A DNA stretch of 63,204 bases, counting the filler, from Olpidium bornovanus S191 (Eukaryota > Fungi > Olpidiomycota), in the NCBI GenBank assembly GCA_017911155.1. It is 33 parts of 33 records of this genome, joined end to end, with 100 filler letters (N's around TTAATTAATTAA, not from the genome) between each part and the next. Parts side by side here need not be neighbours in the genome. Positions count along the whole stretch, not along the records: positions 46,742 to 48,013 come from JAEFCI010007811.1; positions 48,114 to 49,530 come from JAEFCI010013067.1; positions 49,631 to 51,148 come from JAEFCI010007846.1; positions 51,249 to 53,188 come from JAEFCI010006210.1; positions 53,289 to 54,770 come from JAEFCI010012307.1; positions 54,871 to 56,873 come from JAEFCI010013331.1; positions 56,974 to 58,379 come from JAEFCI010004416.1; positions 58,480 to 61,869 come from JAEFCI010006658.1; 25 more parts are not named here. One strand, written 5' to 3'. Under the pieces are notes generated by a model. That model saw only the letters and a list, made by a program, of their open reading frames with translations, was not told where the DNA came from and searched no databases. The position numbers were made by a program, and so were the translations under genes. Positions 46,742 through 58,648 of this stretch are shown piece after piece; position 1 is the stretch's first letter; every line of letters starts with the position of its first letter.

Positions 46742-48012
46742 TACAGCTCTTCCAAAGCTCGCTCGACTTCGGGCCCCACCACACGCAGCCATAGATTAGC
46801 AAACGTGGTTGAACCGAGCACGTACCGACAGCGCGGTACCCCCTTTGCATAGATCCGCATGTCGAAGTCACCGCTTGCCCCGAAGTTGCCCCCGGAACCG
46901 CAACTCACGAGATTCCCTGCTCGGCTTGTCCATGAAGTCGAACGATACAGGATCATCCACTCCCGCGGCCTTGAGGAGCAAGATGACGGACGCGAGGTTG
47001 CACCGTCTGATCTCCGGCTCCGTGTCCTCGGGCAGATCGTCGAAGAACGAGTTTTCGGTGTACAGGCGGTAGCAGAAGCCCGGCATCTCTCGGCCGGCGC
47101 GGCCCGCGCGCTGGCGGGCGGACGCCCGCGATATCGGCTGGATCGTGAGGGACTCGATCCCTGGCGGCCACGCAACACATGCGGCGTGTGAGATGATCGG
47201 GAAACGAGGCAATCGAATACTTGCCAAAACTAGAGGCAGGCGGGGACGACCAGGCGAGAGGGAATTCGAAATAAAACCAGACCGAGCGAAATGCCCACAG
47301 CAGAGGCCAGCCGCACCTAATTTCGGATTATACGCCCTCATCTTGCTGACGCCCGTGTCAACGACGTACCTAACGCCGCTGATGGTAATACTGGTCTCGG
47401 CGATGTTGGTGGCTAGGATGACCTTCCGCGTGCCGGGCGGGGCAGGTTCGAAAACCTTTGCCTGCTGGTTCGTAGGCAGCGCCGCGAAAATGGGGCACAC
47501 CAGAATCTTGCTCGCTTCGGGCGGAAGGGTCGCCGCCTGTTCGTTAATGATAGACGCGAGCGACTCGATCTCATCCTGACCTGTGGAAAAGTAGACGGCA
47601 ATTCGTGAACAGGGGTACACGCGCAGCCCCCTGTTCGGCAAATCTGCAGCTGTAGCTCCGTTCCCACATAAGAGAATGCAGAGCGTTGCAGAACCGCCTC
47701 ACCTGCAAGGAACACAAGGATGTCCCCACTCCCACAATCAGCGTGAATCTGAAACACGGTCACAAGCGCGGCGTCTAGGTAGTCAGTTTGCGGTTCCGCT
47801 GCGTTGTAGATTTTGACGGGATGTTGGCGCCCGCTGATGTACAATACTGGGGCCCTGCAGTACACACGACGACGTTCGGAGCACGCTTAGAAATTCAAAT
47901 CCAAGTCCAATTTCAGAAGAGCAGGCAAGACGGGCGACGCACCCGGCATCAAGCCACCACGCACCCGTCAAAATACTCAGAAAATCTTTCGCAGTCGAGG
48001 GTGGCGCTCATG
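46742..48012 (-). CDS. DHR2: DEAH-box RNA helicase DHR2/DHX33-like, internal fragment
   Basis: MSATLD (motif III), GDILVFLAGQDEIE, RKVILATNIAETSITISGVRYVVDTG, SARQRAGRAGRE and PEIRRCNLASVILLLKA, over five exons. Confidence 0.88.
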
Positions 48013-48903
48013 ANNNNNNNNNNNNNNNNNNNNNNNNNNNNNNNNNNNNNNNNNNNNTTAATTAATTAANNNNNNNNNNNNNNNNNNNNNNNNNNNNNNN
48101 NNNNNNNNNNNNNCATGCCCCTCAAAGATCCCAATTGCGCCCACCGGGAACACCACTGCGGGCACCCAAAATCCAAACTTCGGCAAACCAAAAACAAAAA
48201 AAAACAAAAAAAAAAAAAAAGCGGCGGCCTTTTTTTTGACCCGTTTTGAGGAAGAAGGCAAAAAAATTTCTGGACGAACCGGGGGCGCCGTTAGAATTTT
48301 GCAACTACCTGGCGCAAGCAAATTTGGCGCGATCTCGAATTAAGCGCGGACCGGCGAACGCTCGTCAAAAAAAAAAAAAAAACGCGCTCGGATTTTACGA
48401 CGCTTGTCAAAAGGAGTTCGGGATGGCACCTCTTTCGCGACAGTCGCCGGGGGTGCCACAGCAGACGCCACGCTGGAAGTCGGAATCGGTCCTCGAAGAC
48501 CGCCCGGGAATCAGTCTGGTCATCAAACTCGGCATCGACCGGGTCCGTGATGGACGGCGGGGTGTGAGCCGGTCTACCTACCATAAAGAAGTTCAAAGAG
48601 GAAGAACCTTGGCGCGGCGTGCTGCTGAGATCATATACTCTGACTGCTGCCAAAAAAATAGGTGGGGGGGCCGGATGCGCGCGATCCAAGGAAGGAAAGA
48701 AGGAAGGCGCCCCGGTCACCCGGTCCCCCTCACTGTCCTCCGTGCTTTTTCATAGGGCAAATTCGGCGAGACCCGGCACAACGCCATCTTCCGCTGCCAC
48801 CCCTTCCTTCCTTTCGGCGAGCGAACAAAAAAAAATAAAAAGAAAAAAACGTCAAAATTCGTGGGTTCTGACCAAAAAAAAAAAACTGGAAAGGTACGCC
48901 GGC

Positions 48904-48938
<35 letters not shown>

Positions 48939-49055
48939 TGAGTGAAAGAGAGTGAGTGAAAGAGAGTGAGAGAGAGAGAGTGAGAGAGAGAGTGAGAGTG
49001 AGTGAGTGAGTGAGAGAGAGAGAGTGAGAGAGAGAGTGAGAGTGAGTGAGTGAGT

Positions 49056-49087
<32 letters not shown>

Positions 49088-49088
49088 A
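48904..49088. repeat. (GA)n/(GAGT)n compound microsatellite
   Basis: Visible directly in the sequence. Confidence 0.95.
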
Positions 49089-49486
49089 AGGAAATAAAGG
49101 TATGTCAGCGGCCGCAAAAGAAAAAAATGATGCGGGCGCGCGCGATGCCGGCAACGAAGGAAGGATGGAACAAAAAAAGGAAAGAGTGGCAGCGCCCGGT
49201 TAGCTGCAAGAAACGACGTAAGGGAGGAAAGAAGGGAGGTGTGATAGCGCCAGGTCAGCCGCCACACACTACTGTCGTCCATACCTTATGCTAAAATTTT
49301 GGGGAGAGCCCTGGAGGTTGGGAAGATGGCAGTTGGGCAGATCCGGCACAACGCTACCTTCCGCCACCCTGCATTCTTCCTTCCTTCCGGCTGCGGGGAA
49401 AAAAAACGACCCGGGAGACGGCAATAAAAAATAATCCGTCCCCCCCCCCCCCCCCCCCGCCCCCCCCCCCCCCCCCCCCCCCCCCG

Positions 49487-49530
<44 letters not shown>

Positions 49531-50247
49531 NNNNNNNNNNNNNNNNNNNNNNNNNNNNNNNNNNNNNNNNNNNNTTAATTAATTAANNNNNNNNNNNNNN
49601 NNNNNNNNNNNNNNNNNNNNNNNNNNNNNNCATGTTTGGTCTTGAAATACGCTCGCCTGGCAGGTTGGTCCAGAACCCTGCTCCAATCCCGTGGATCGGC
49701 CATCATCTGAAGACAGGAACACTCCATATATGACAGACGGTGATTGCTTATAACCGCAGGAACCGGATCAGAATTCTGCACCCGCAATGTGGGTGGGTTT
49801 CTCCGTCATCCCGCGTTTACCAGGGATCACTGTAGGCACAGTGATCGGGGCGCAGACCTCAAACTCGAAAAGGCACGGACCCGGTGGCGAAACAAAGGAA
49901 CGGTGATATTTGCAAGTGGCAACCACGAAGCGGGGCCGACGACTCCGGACACAGACTCGGGTTAGCGGAGGCCGCGGGCGGGGAGAGGGGAAAAAAGGCG
50001 AGCGGGCGAGGCAGCGACGTAACTGGCAGGGGAGCCTCCACGGCCCGTTCGCAGCGAAACGAGGAAGCCCGGGGCCGAGCAACGCGACTTCGCCCGTTTG
50101 TTCGGCGCCGCGGAGCGCGGGTCTGGCCGTGGCCAGGGTCCTGGTCGGTGTGGTCGGGTCGGGTGGTCGGTGGAGAGTGCGCGAAGTTGTTCGCCCCGGC
50201 CGCCAGCCCGTCTCCGCTCCCGATTTCGAGCTCAAACGCGCGCGCGG

Positions 50248-50291
<44 letters not shown>

Positions 50292-50634
50292 AAAAGTCTT
50301 AAAAAGCCACACGGAACATATCTTCCTTTGAGCGTGCCCCTCTTCCGCGCGTCTCGCGGGATGCCAAGACCGCCGGTCGGCCGCGATGGTCAGCGCCACG
50401 ATGCGCGGCGGCGGCCGCCGGCGTCGTCGGCTTGCATCCTGCCGTGGCAAGCGTCGCAGCGGAGAGCCTCGGCCCCCGCGAGGGAGCGCAGCAGGGAGCC
50501 GGTGAGGTAAAAGGCGAAGCCGGGGGTGAGGAGGGCCAGGTTTGAAGCTGGAAGGGCGGAGCGAAGGGCTAGCTTCTGTGTCCAGCCAGGTGCACCCTGT
50601 TTAAATGTCAAGTTTACTTTTGTTCGTTTGGCAG

Positions 50635-51148
50635 GCGGAACCCGGCGGTCGCGCACGCGCGACTGGTGGCGCGGCGACTTTTCCCGACGTTCGCTCTTCT
50701 GTATGGTGCGAAAACCGCCCTGTCACTGGTATCAGGGCCGGGGAAAGGCGGGTCTTTGCGTAGGTAAGCCTCCGAGGTTCTCGCCCAGAGGTCGTTATTT
50801 TTGACCGCCCCGGTGTTGCGCTTCTTCGTGACCTTTTGCCTGACTTGCAGGACGCTGTTGAGCAAGGATACGCTGCACTTTGCAACAGCCCATTCCACTT
50901 TTGCGGCGTTGTATCGCGCTGTCGACACTCCGCTGGAGAGATACCTTGTCGTTCGCGATTGGGACCTGGCTACGGCGAAGTCCGCCGCGGCGTTCGTCGC
51001 CGCGGCTGTGTCAGCTCCGGCGATCTTGCTGGACAAAAATGCAGAAAGGCGGCAGGACATTGCTATCTATATGGCGGCCCGCATGGCGTACTTCTGTCTT
51101 CGACTCGTCCTGATAAAGTGGAGATGCCGAACACGGCACTTGACAAAA
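50635..51148 (+). CDS. TMEM135/PXMP4-like membrane protein fragment
   Basis: FALLYGAKTALSLV...SLR, intron from 50763 (GTAAGC...TTGCAG), then RTLLSKDTLHFA...FAALYRAV...AAFVAAAVSAPAILLD...RRQDIAIYMAAR. Confidence 0.65.
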
Positions 51149-51363
51149 NNNNNNNNNNNNNNNNNNNNNNNNNNNNNNNNNNNNNNNNNNNNTTAATTAA
51201 TTAANNNNNNNNNNNNNNNNNNNNNNNNNNNNNNNNNNNNNNNNNNNNCATGCATGGAGCTGATTGCGGGAGATTGTTGATACTCGAGGAATTTACGTAT
51301 GATGATCCCAAGAAATACCTGCAACACGCATCATAGGCAGCAGGTGGTCACGCGTCCGCAGTT

Positions 51364-51670
51364 TCTTCTCCGTGGGCAGGCACCGCCCCGCCTCAAGAAG
51401 AATATTACCAAGGAGATTCCTCTTCGTGGACCGCTGCTGCTTTTCAAGACGATTATTACCAAGGTAATTCCGCTTCGTGGACCGCGGTTCCTTTTCAAGT
51501 TTATTATTGTCAAGATTCTTCGTCGTGGACCGCTGCCCCTTTTCAAACCGATTATTACGAAGAAGCATCTTCTTCGTGGGCCCGCGCCGCCCATTTTCAA
51601 AAAGAGTATCTTTCCAGGTAGCTCCTCCACGTGGACCACCTCAGTGGTATATATTATGAGGATCAAGGGC
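51364..51670 (+). repeat. Six degenerate 48-55-bp units; one frame encodes SSW-x5-Q-x2-YY peptide repeats
   Basis: Unit starts at about 51367, 51421, 51472, 51520, 51571 and 51626. Translation: SPWAGTAPPQEEYYQGDS/SSWTAAAFQDDYYQGNS/ASWTAVPFQVYYCQDS/SSWTAAPFQTDYYEEAS/SSWARAAHFQKEY. Confidence 0.85.
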
Positions 51671-51880
51671 AATCGTTATGTATGGATGATGTCGAAAATC
51701 GCTTATCGCAGGTTCGGAAAACGAACATCTCTTTCGTTGCCCGGGTAAGGCTTGCGGGGGTGCCTGAGTGACGATCCCGGGCGCCGGGATCCCGAGGCCC
51801 GGTACCTGGGTATGCGGCGCCTTCCAAATCCCTTCGAAGAAAAAGCCCGACCAGCCTGGTGCGGAAAGGGCGTGGGTGCC

Positions 51881-51960
51881 GATGATGGCGGGAAGGGGCA
51901 GAGATCAAGCGATGATGGCGGGAAGGGGCAGGGATCAAGCACCATGCAGAAAGGAAGGGG
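51881..51960. repeat. 30-bp tandem repeat x2 plus a degenerate third
   Basis: GATGATGGCGGGAAGGGGCAG(A/G)GATCAAGC at 51881 and 51911. Confidence 0.9.
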
Positions 51961-52727
51961 CCCCGGTCGCCGTCTCCCTTGCTGCAAAGAAAAGGCAGCC
52001 GGGCATCCCTCCCCCTCACCCCCACCCAACCGCACCAGTGCGTGCTGCCAACGGATCCGTCCCCCCTCCTTCACCCCCTTTACCCGCTTTATTCTACACA
52101 GCAATTTGTTTCGCCTCGCGTCTCGTCAGAAGTGGCCCCTCCGAAAACGCATCAAATTCTCTGAATTACTACTATGATTATTTTTTTTTTTCCTTTATGT
52201 CTGAGCACGGGGCGAGAGAAAAAGGGAATTTTGCAACGGTCGCAAAACCGGAATACTTTCTCAGTTAAATTAGAGACGGAAGGATGATTTTATTTTTCAA
52301 AGGCGTGGGGAGCGGTAGCTCCGATGAGGAAGGGGTGGGGAACGACGGCCCTTATAAAGAAAAGATGATTCTCGAGCCCGCGGTAGGCAAGGTGTTACGT
52401 GGAACGAGAGAAACGGGTGTCTGACGACCGTCAATCCGTGGATCACACGAGGCGCGCCTGGTGCAAGTGGGGGGTAGGGATAGATAATAGGTGTCTTCGG
52501 CATAGAAACTAAAACCGGGGCTCACCGACGCTATGGAAAGAAAAAGAAGAAGATGATGATGAAAAAAATTTTCTTGCTGTATCCTGTGCAGGAAAAAAAA
52601 AAACCTGCAGCAGACGCGAGCAAGCTCAAAATACCGAAGAGAATTGAAACATTTACGATTAAAATAAAAAAAAAACAACCGAAAACGAGAGAAAAATTGG
52701 GGCGCTTCTCGAATCCTTCGCGGACGT

Positions 52728-52968
52728 TCAGAGCGCACGCAGCAGGGTGCCCGGTGAGCTCTTGGGCTTGGCGTACACGTGGCAGCGGTGTGCGTGCCGA
52801 TACCACATGGTGGAATTTTTTCGTTTGGCGCTCGAAATCGGGACCCACCGGCCGCACTGGTGGCACAGGCCGTCGATAACGCCGCTCTCCCCGACGCGCT
52901 GCTGCAGCGGCTTCACGAACGCCTTGCCGGAGACGGAGGAGACGCCGTGATAAAACTGCATGTGGTAC
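52728..52968 (-). CDS. Rua1 C-terminal (DUF4451)-like zinc-binding domain, last exon
   Basis: YHMQFYHGVSSVSGKAF..P...IDGLCHQCGRWVPI...WYRHAHRCH, after a CCGCAG acceptor. Confidence 0.7.
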
Positions 52969-53399
52969 CTGCGGGAAAGAAAAAAAAGAGAAAGAGAGAG
53001 AGATAGATAGAGAGGGGGGTGGGGGGGGGGGCAGGGGGAAGACAAGGGAGGGAGGGAGGGAGAGAGGGAGATAGGCTCACGTCAGCCACATTACAGGTCT
53101 AAATCCCATCGTACGAGTGGCGTCCGCCCACCCGGCTAGTCAAACGCGGGAAAACAACAACAACAAAAAAAAAACGCCGCGTGCGCTCNNNNNNNNNNNN
53201 NNNNNNNNNNNNNNNNNNNNNNNNNNNNNNNNTTAATTAATTAANNNNNNNNNNNNNNNNNNNNNNNNNNNNNNNNNNNNNNNNNNNNCCATGGCATCTG
53301 CTGACGGTGTGCATAGCCCCCCCCCATTTAAGCGCTCAAGTCGCACGCTGCACTGTGGACTCCTGCGTCTTGAAAACTGCGATGCTGACAACGTGCCGA

Positions 53400-54284
53400 T
53401 GTCCGAACCACGGTGAAACAGATAAGGTGCAAGCTGTGGAAGCCTCGCTGAACCGTAAATTTAAGGCACAGCTGCAAGCCAAGGATGACGAGTTCCACGA
53501 GCAGCGTCGTAAGCTGGAGGACAAGTTAAGGCTGCAGGAGCAGGCCCGCGAACGGCTGGACGGGGAGCTGGAGTCGTACCGGCAGCGGGTGTTACAACAC
53601 AAATTGCAGATGGAGGAGTGCACGCTCGAGCTGGAAGCCAAGTGGAGAAAAGACGAGGTGAGAAAGTCGAACACGCCGTCCCTACCGCCATTTTGGAAAT
53701 AACACGGCGAGTGAAGCCGGCTGACTGGTCGGGGCCTGTCCGACGCGCAGGAGAGTCGCCGAAACGACCTGGAGAAGCGCCTGGCACAGGCGTTGCAGGC
53801 GCGGGACCAGCTGCAGGCCAAGCTGGACGAGGCGCAGCGCTCGTATCTGCACACGCTGTCGGAACGGGAGGGCTCGGCCACCAAGCTCCGGAACGCCTAC
53901 GAGCAGTCGCGGGAGGAGGTCTCCGCGCTCAAGGCCCAGGTGGCGTCGGCGCATCGAGAGCTGACGGACGTGCGCGCGCGGCTGGAGAATGCCACGCGCG
54001 GCGAGGAGAGTTTGCGAGCCAAAATCGCCGCGTGCGAGGCCGAAGAGGAGCGCGACCGCCGGAAGCGGAAGGAGGAGGCCGAGCGGGCGGAGCGCGAGAA
54101 GATGGAGCTGGAAAGGGAAGTTCTGCGGTGCCGCGAGCGCGCACGCGCCCTCGAAGAGGCGGCGGAGCGGCACCGGGTGGATGAGGTCGAGAGGCGGAAA
54201 ATGCTCGAGCGCGCCGTGCTCGACTACACACGCGGTGGCGACGCCATCGCCACGCAGGCCGGTGGGCGAGGAGTAAGGATATAA
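53400..54284 (+). CDS. Long coiled-coil protein, C-terminal exons
   Basis: E/R/K/L heptad-rich exons joined across intron 53658-53750 (KWRKDE-ESRRNDLEKRLAQ...LERAVLDYTRGG...*). Confidence 0.7.
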
Positions 54285-54870
54285 GCGGTTATCCAAGTCC
54301 TTACTCGACGGGTCCTGTTTCCAATGTTTTGGTCTTTATTATTATCACTATTTCTTTTGCTTTTTCCATAATTCCCCTCGCATGCATCTGTGAATTCTAC
54401 TTATGTTGTATATCACGATACCCTGCAGCCGTTAAGGCATCCGCTTTCGTTCGCGTTTTATCGGGAAAAAGTGATTTGATTAGGAAACAAACGCGTTCAA
54501 CCAGTGAACCCGTTGGCGAGAACAGCCGTTTCTCCACGACGCTCGCATGATATGCATGCCTTTGTATTGCCCAGGTTTGCCGGCATCACAAAGCCGCGTT
54601 GTACAGCCCGGTCGCCTCCCTGGCAACACCGAAAAGATGATCTCACTGACATGTTCGCAAAACCGCATAACGTCATCTTTGAACCGTCCCGTGATATTCG
54701 AGTCTGGCGATATGAGACATCGTAATCCGGAAGCGGTTCAAAAGCCTAACAACGCATAATAAGGGAAGGANNNNNNNNNNNNNNNNNNNNNNNNNNNNNN
54801 NNNNNNNNNNNNNNTTAATTAATTAANNNNNNNNNNNNNNNNNNNNNNNNNNNNNNNNNNNNNNNNNNNN

Positions 54871-56844
54871 CATGAATCCGTCCAGGATGTCCGAGGATGC
54901 GGCGGATCGTCGGAGTCCTCGGACTTGGAACAAGGATGAGGCAGTTTCCGCTGATGGTGGGCGGGAGTGCGCCCTGCCCAGGAAGGTCGGCGACAATCAT
55001 ATTCCGGGCCTACGCCGAGTAATCGTCCGGACGGCCCGATCAGGTCTTTGCGCAGCGGACCCGTCGATAGCGAGTCGGACGACTCGGGTGTCCAAGAGCG
55101 GCTTGGCACGCTCTTTTCCTCGTTTTGAAAACTTTCCTCGGCTCCGCCCAACCTTGGATCATAACCTTCGCGGACATCCGCAGGCGTCAAACGGCCGCTG
55201 GCCATAGCACGGCGGCCGTCAAGCCGTGGGTGCAGCTTCTCATAGGCGGTTTCTTCGTAGGAAGGATGTTTTTGCTTGGAGTTAAAATTACCGCACGGCG
55301 GAACTTCTTCCATGCTGCTGGCCTCACTCCTTAAGTGTCGATGGGAATTTCCGTTGACTTGGCCATCGCTGTAAAAACGCCGGTCGCAATTTCGCAGAGA
55401 ATTCGTACGCTCTTCGTGAGGAAACGACAGCGGTCCGTTATGGCACTCAATTACGTCTTCCCTCCCAGTACGTTGATACTCCTCCGGATAATAGTTCGCG
55501 CCATAATCGCGCCGGTCGCAGCTGCGAAAGACGTCTCCGCCTTCCTGGCCGGAAACGGAATTATCATAGGAACCTATCGTGGCCAGCTCTTCGTCATGCC
55601 CACGGTTGGGTCGCTCCTCGCGGTTGTCGAATTTGTCGACTTTCCCGCCCGCAGGAGGCCAATTGTAGTACTGCCGGATCCCGCTAGTATACAACGGCGA
55701 ACGGGCAATATAGCCACCATCGACGAGCCAGCCGTGATCAGCATTGTCCTGAGGGTACTCGTAACTCGAAGGCTCCCGGGCGCGGTATGCTGCCTGCGTA
55801 TCCATGTTTTGGTGGCGCGCACGGCTGCCCATCCCCGAAGACACGTTCTCTGCGGGCCGGTTAAGTTTCCGCACATCTCCAGAGCTAGTTGAATCCCGGG
55901 AATACGGTGGGAGACCGTCCTTGGCGCTATCGCGGCAGATTCGGAAACCTTGATAGCGGGCATCCGTCCGCGACGAAGTGCGGTCGCATCAGACGGGGAA
56001 CATCACGAGTGATGGCTAAACTGTCACCAGACGTTGAATGATAACCACAATACATACCATCTGATGACACCGGTAGCGGCCCGGGATGGTCTCGGCGCTT
56101 GAAACTGCTCGAAGAATTTTCGGACTCGTTCTTGCCAACCTGGACATGTGGGAGCGCGTCTCTGAGATCGTCCGTCTCAAGAAAAGTCCCGACTTGGACT
56201 TTGAGTGTCGGATCCTGAAAAACCCCCTTTGCCTGCGAGGCCGCGCCCTGCGGCGCGTTAATGAATTCCGGAGCCGCCACGAGATTGACCCGCCCGTGAC
56301 CTTGCGCGCAGGCGGCAACCATGTTACCCGCAGCGACGGCACGCCCTTCTCCGAACCAGTCCTGCTGTTGGTGGAGTGGCAGCTTCCGAGAGAAATTTGA
56401 CTCCCGCTCCGTCACGGAGCTTTCCTGCAGCAGCTTTCCGTGGCCCACAAACGTTTGGTCCGAGTCGGCAGAACTCGGTGACCGTACGCTAGGCGATGGC
56501 GCGTCGCTCCGCGGCGGCGACTGCGGCAGAGGGGGGCGGGCGACCGGGGACCCCTGGGAAGTGAAGCCTGTTCGTGAGAAAGGAAGACGGGAACTGGCGG
56601 CCGCGCCCTTCCGCCTCCACGCAGGGACCTCGTTGCCGGAAGGGAAGGGGCCGGTCGTCTCCTGCACGTTCGAACTGGGCGACACCGCTTGGGCGTGCTG
56701 CACCTCCCCGCGGTAAAAGCGAGGGGGCGCCCTGCGCAACGCCACATCGCTCTCCTCGGCGCCCGCGAGCATCGTCGGATCGGGGACGGAGTTGCGCGCT
56801 TTCCTCCCGCTCGCTGCTTTTCCGTGTAATAAAATCATAGGCAC
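54871..56844 (-). CDS. Uncharacterised, largely disordered protein (more than 600 aa, 3'-truncated)
   Basis: Two long ORFs join in frame through a phase-1 intron (GATG|GTATGT about 56062 to TCAAG|GT about 55949). The sequence is S/P/R/D-rich. Confidence 0.55.
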
Positions 56845-57576
56845 AATTTATATAACTAACTGAATAATACATGNNNNNNNNNNNNNNNNNNNNNNNNNNN
56901 NNNNNNNNNNNNNNNNNTTAATTAATTAANNNNNNNNNNNNNNNNNNNNNNNNNNNNNNNNNNNNNNNNNNNNCGTCAAAAGTTGAGCAATCTCAAATCC
57001 GTTTTAACTGGGATGTATATCTAGTCTGGTTCTTTAATTCCTATAAAGGGTTTTTTGATATGTTGTTTTTGTGGGTAGCAGTAGCGATTGGTGTTTGTGT
57101 AAAGAAAATTGTGAGTCTAGAGCAGCTGCACCATACTAAATTTCTTTTTTTTTTTGCTTGAGTTCGTAGCCTTTGAGTTCGTTTGAATTGGTACGAACTA
57201 AAATCCGTATACTCTTATTTCCTAAATTGGAATTTCCAGGGACGCTTTGGCCAGCAAGTTCCCCGGGCCGGGATTACACAGACCGAGGTCTATTTCTTCC
57301 TATATAAAAAACAAAAAAAAAAAAACGCCGGGGGAATATCTGTCTCTTCCTCTTTCTCTCTCTCTCTCTTTGTCCGTTTTCCGGCCACACAAGGTTTGCC
57401 CCGTTTTTCGACCACACCAGGTTTGCCCGTGGGACTGTCAGTTACAGCTTTTTTGCACCGTCCTTTCTTTTCTTGCGACTCGCCAGAATGGCTCTTTCGC
57501 AGTTGAAGTGTCGGGAAAATGTAAAAAAAAACTCACGCCGGATAGCGACCGCAGCAAATTGGGTGGATGGGCGGTG

Positions 57577-58379
57577 CTAGCCAGGCGTCTGGCTGTAGTC
57601 CAGCTGTCGTTTGACGTAGAAGAGCATATACGCTTGGCTCTTCAGCACGTCCTCCTCCTGAACCATCTGGATTATGTGGTCGTCAGTGCGGAACCACTTT
57701 CACACACCGCCCAGAAAGCGGACGCCAGTTTCGGAGGAACGGGGGTGAGAAAGAAAAAACACAGGAAAGTAGACGTAAACATTCTTCGTTCGGCCCGGCC
57801 CACAGCTCCCCTTTCGGCGATGTTGCTCGAAAGCGCAACGACGGGACAGGGCTACCAACCTTGCAGCGGTTCCGCACGAAGGCGGTGTAATGGCCCGTGT
57901 CAGCTTTCCCCGCGTGATTAACGACCGCAAACAGGTCGTACATTATCTCCTCCGCCGCTCCTCCGGGTTTTCCGGTCGTGTCGGCAGCCGTTTTGGAGGC
58001 GAGCGGCCCGCCGGAGGATAAAGACGACGACGACGACGACAAGGATGACTCAGGCGCACCCGGCTGCGGCGCGGCACACGGAAGGCCACCGCTGGCGTTC
58101 GGCGCTTTGCCATGGGAGGTGTACGGCCCGAGATTTACCGACTCTAAGAACGAGATCTGCGATTCTATCTTGCTCGTGCCCGTGTGATGCTCGAAACGCT
58201 GGGAGGTGCGGAAAGATGTGGTCGATTGAATACCCACCAGATCCGTTGGACGGGCGAACATGGCGGCATCGGCGAAAACATAATCCAAAGCGTACCTTTA
58301 GTTGGAAGCTTAAGACCGGTGGAAGGGCCTTAAACGATAACTGTTTCGTCGCCTCCTGCAAAAGATTGGGGTTCGGGCA
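57577..58379 (-). CDS. UBP8: Ubiquitin C-terminal hydrolase Ubp8/USP22-like, C-terminal part
   Basis: EATKQLSFKALPPVLSFQLK-RFEH..TSKIESQISF...[30 protein letters not shown]...QAYMLFYVKR (His box). Confidence 0.85.
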
Positions 58380-58493
58380 NNNNNNNNNNNNNNNNNNNNN
58401 NNNNNNNNNNNNNNNNNNNNNNNTTAATTAATTAANNNNNNNNNNNNNNNNNNNNNNNNNNNNNNNNNNNNNNNNNNNNCCCCCCCCCCCCCC

Positions 58494-58545
<52 letters not shown>

Positions 58546-58648
58546 AAAAAAACGATAGAAAAAGATAGAAACAATCCCCCTCCCCTTCCCTTACCACCAC
58601 CACCCCACCCACCCACCCACCCGCACTTGGCACGCGCACGCACACAGA

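Noticed and set aside
51364-51670. CRISPR-like or LRR array
   Set aside because: The units are homologous along their whole length. The minus-strand L..N.L reading lacks a true LRR consensus.
54620-54725. Copia RNase H-like LTDMFAKP
   Set aside because: It is one short motif, and the upstream KHID..YH motif is missing.
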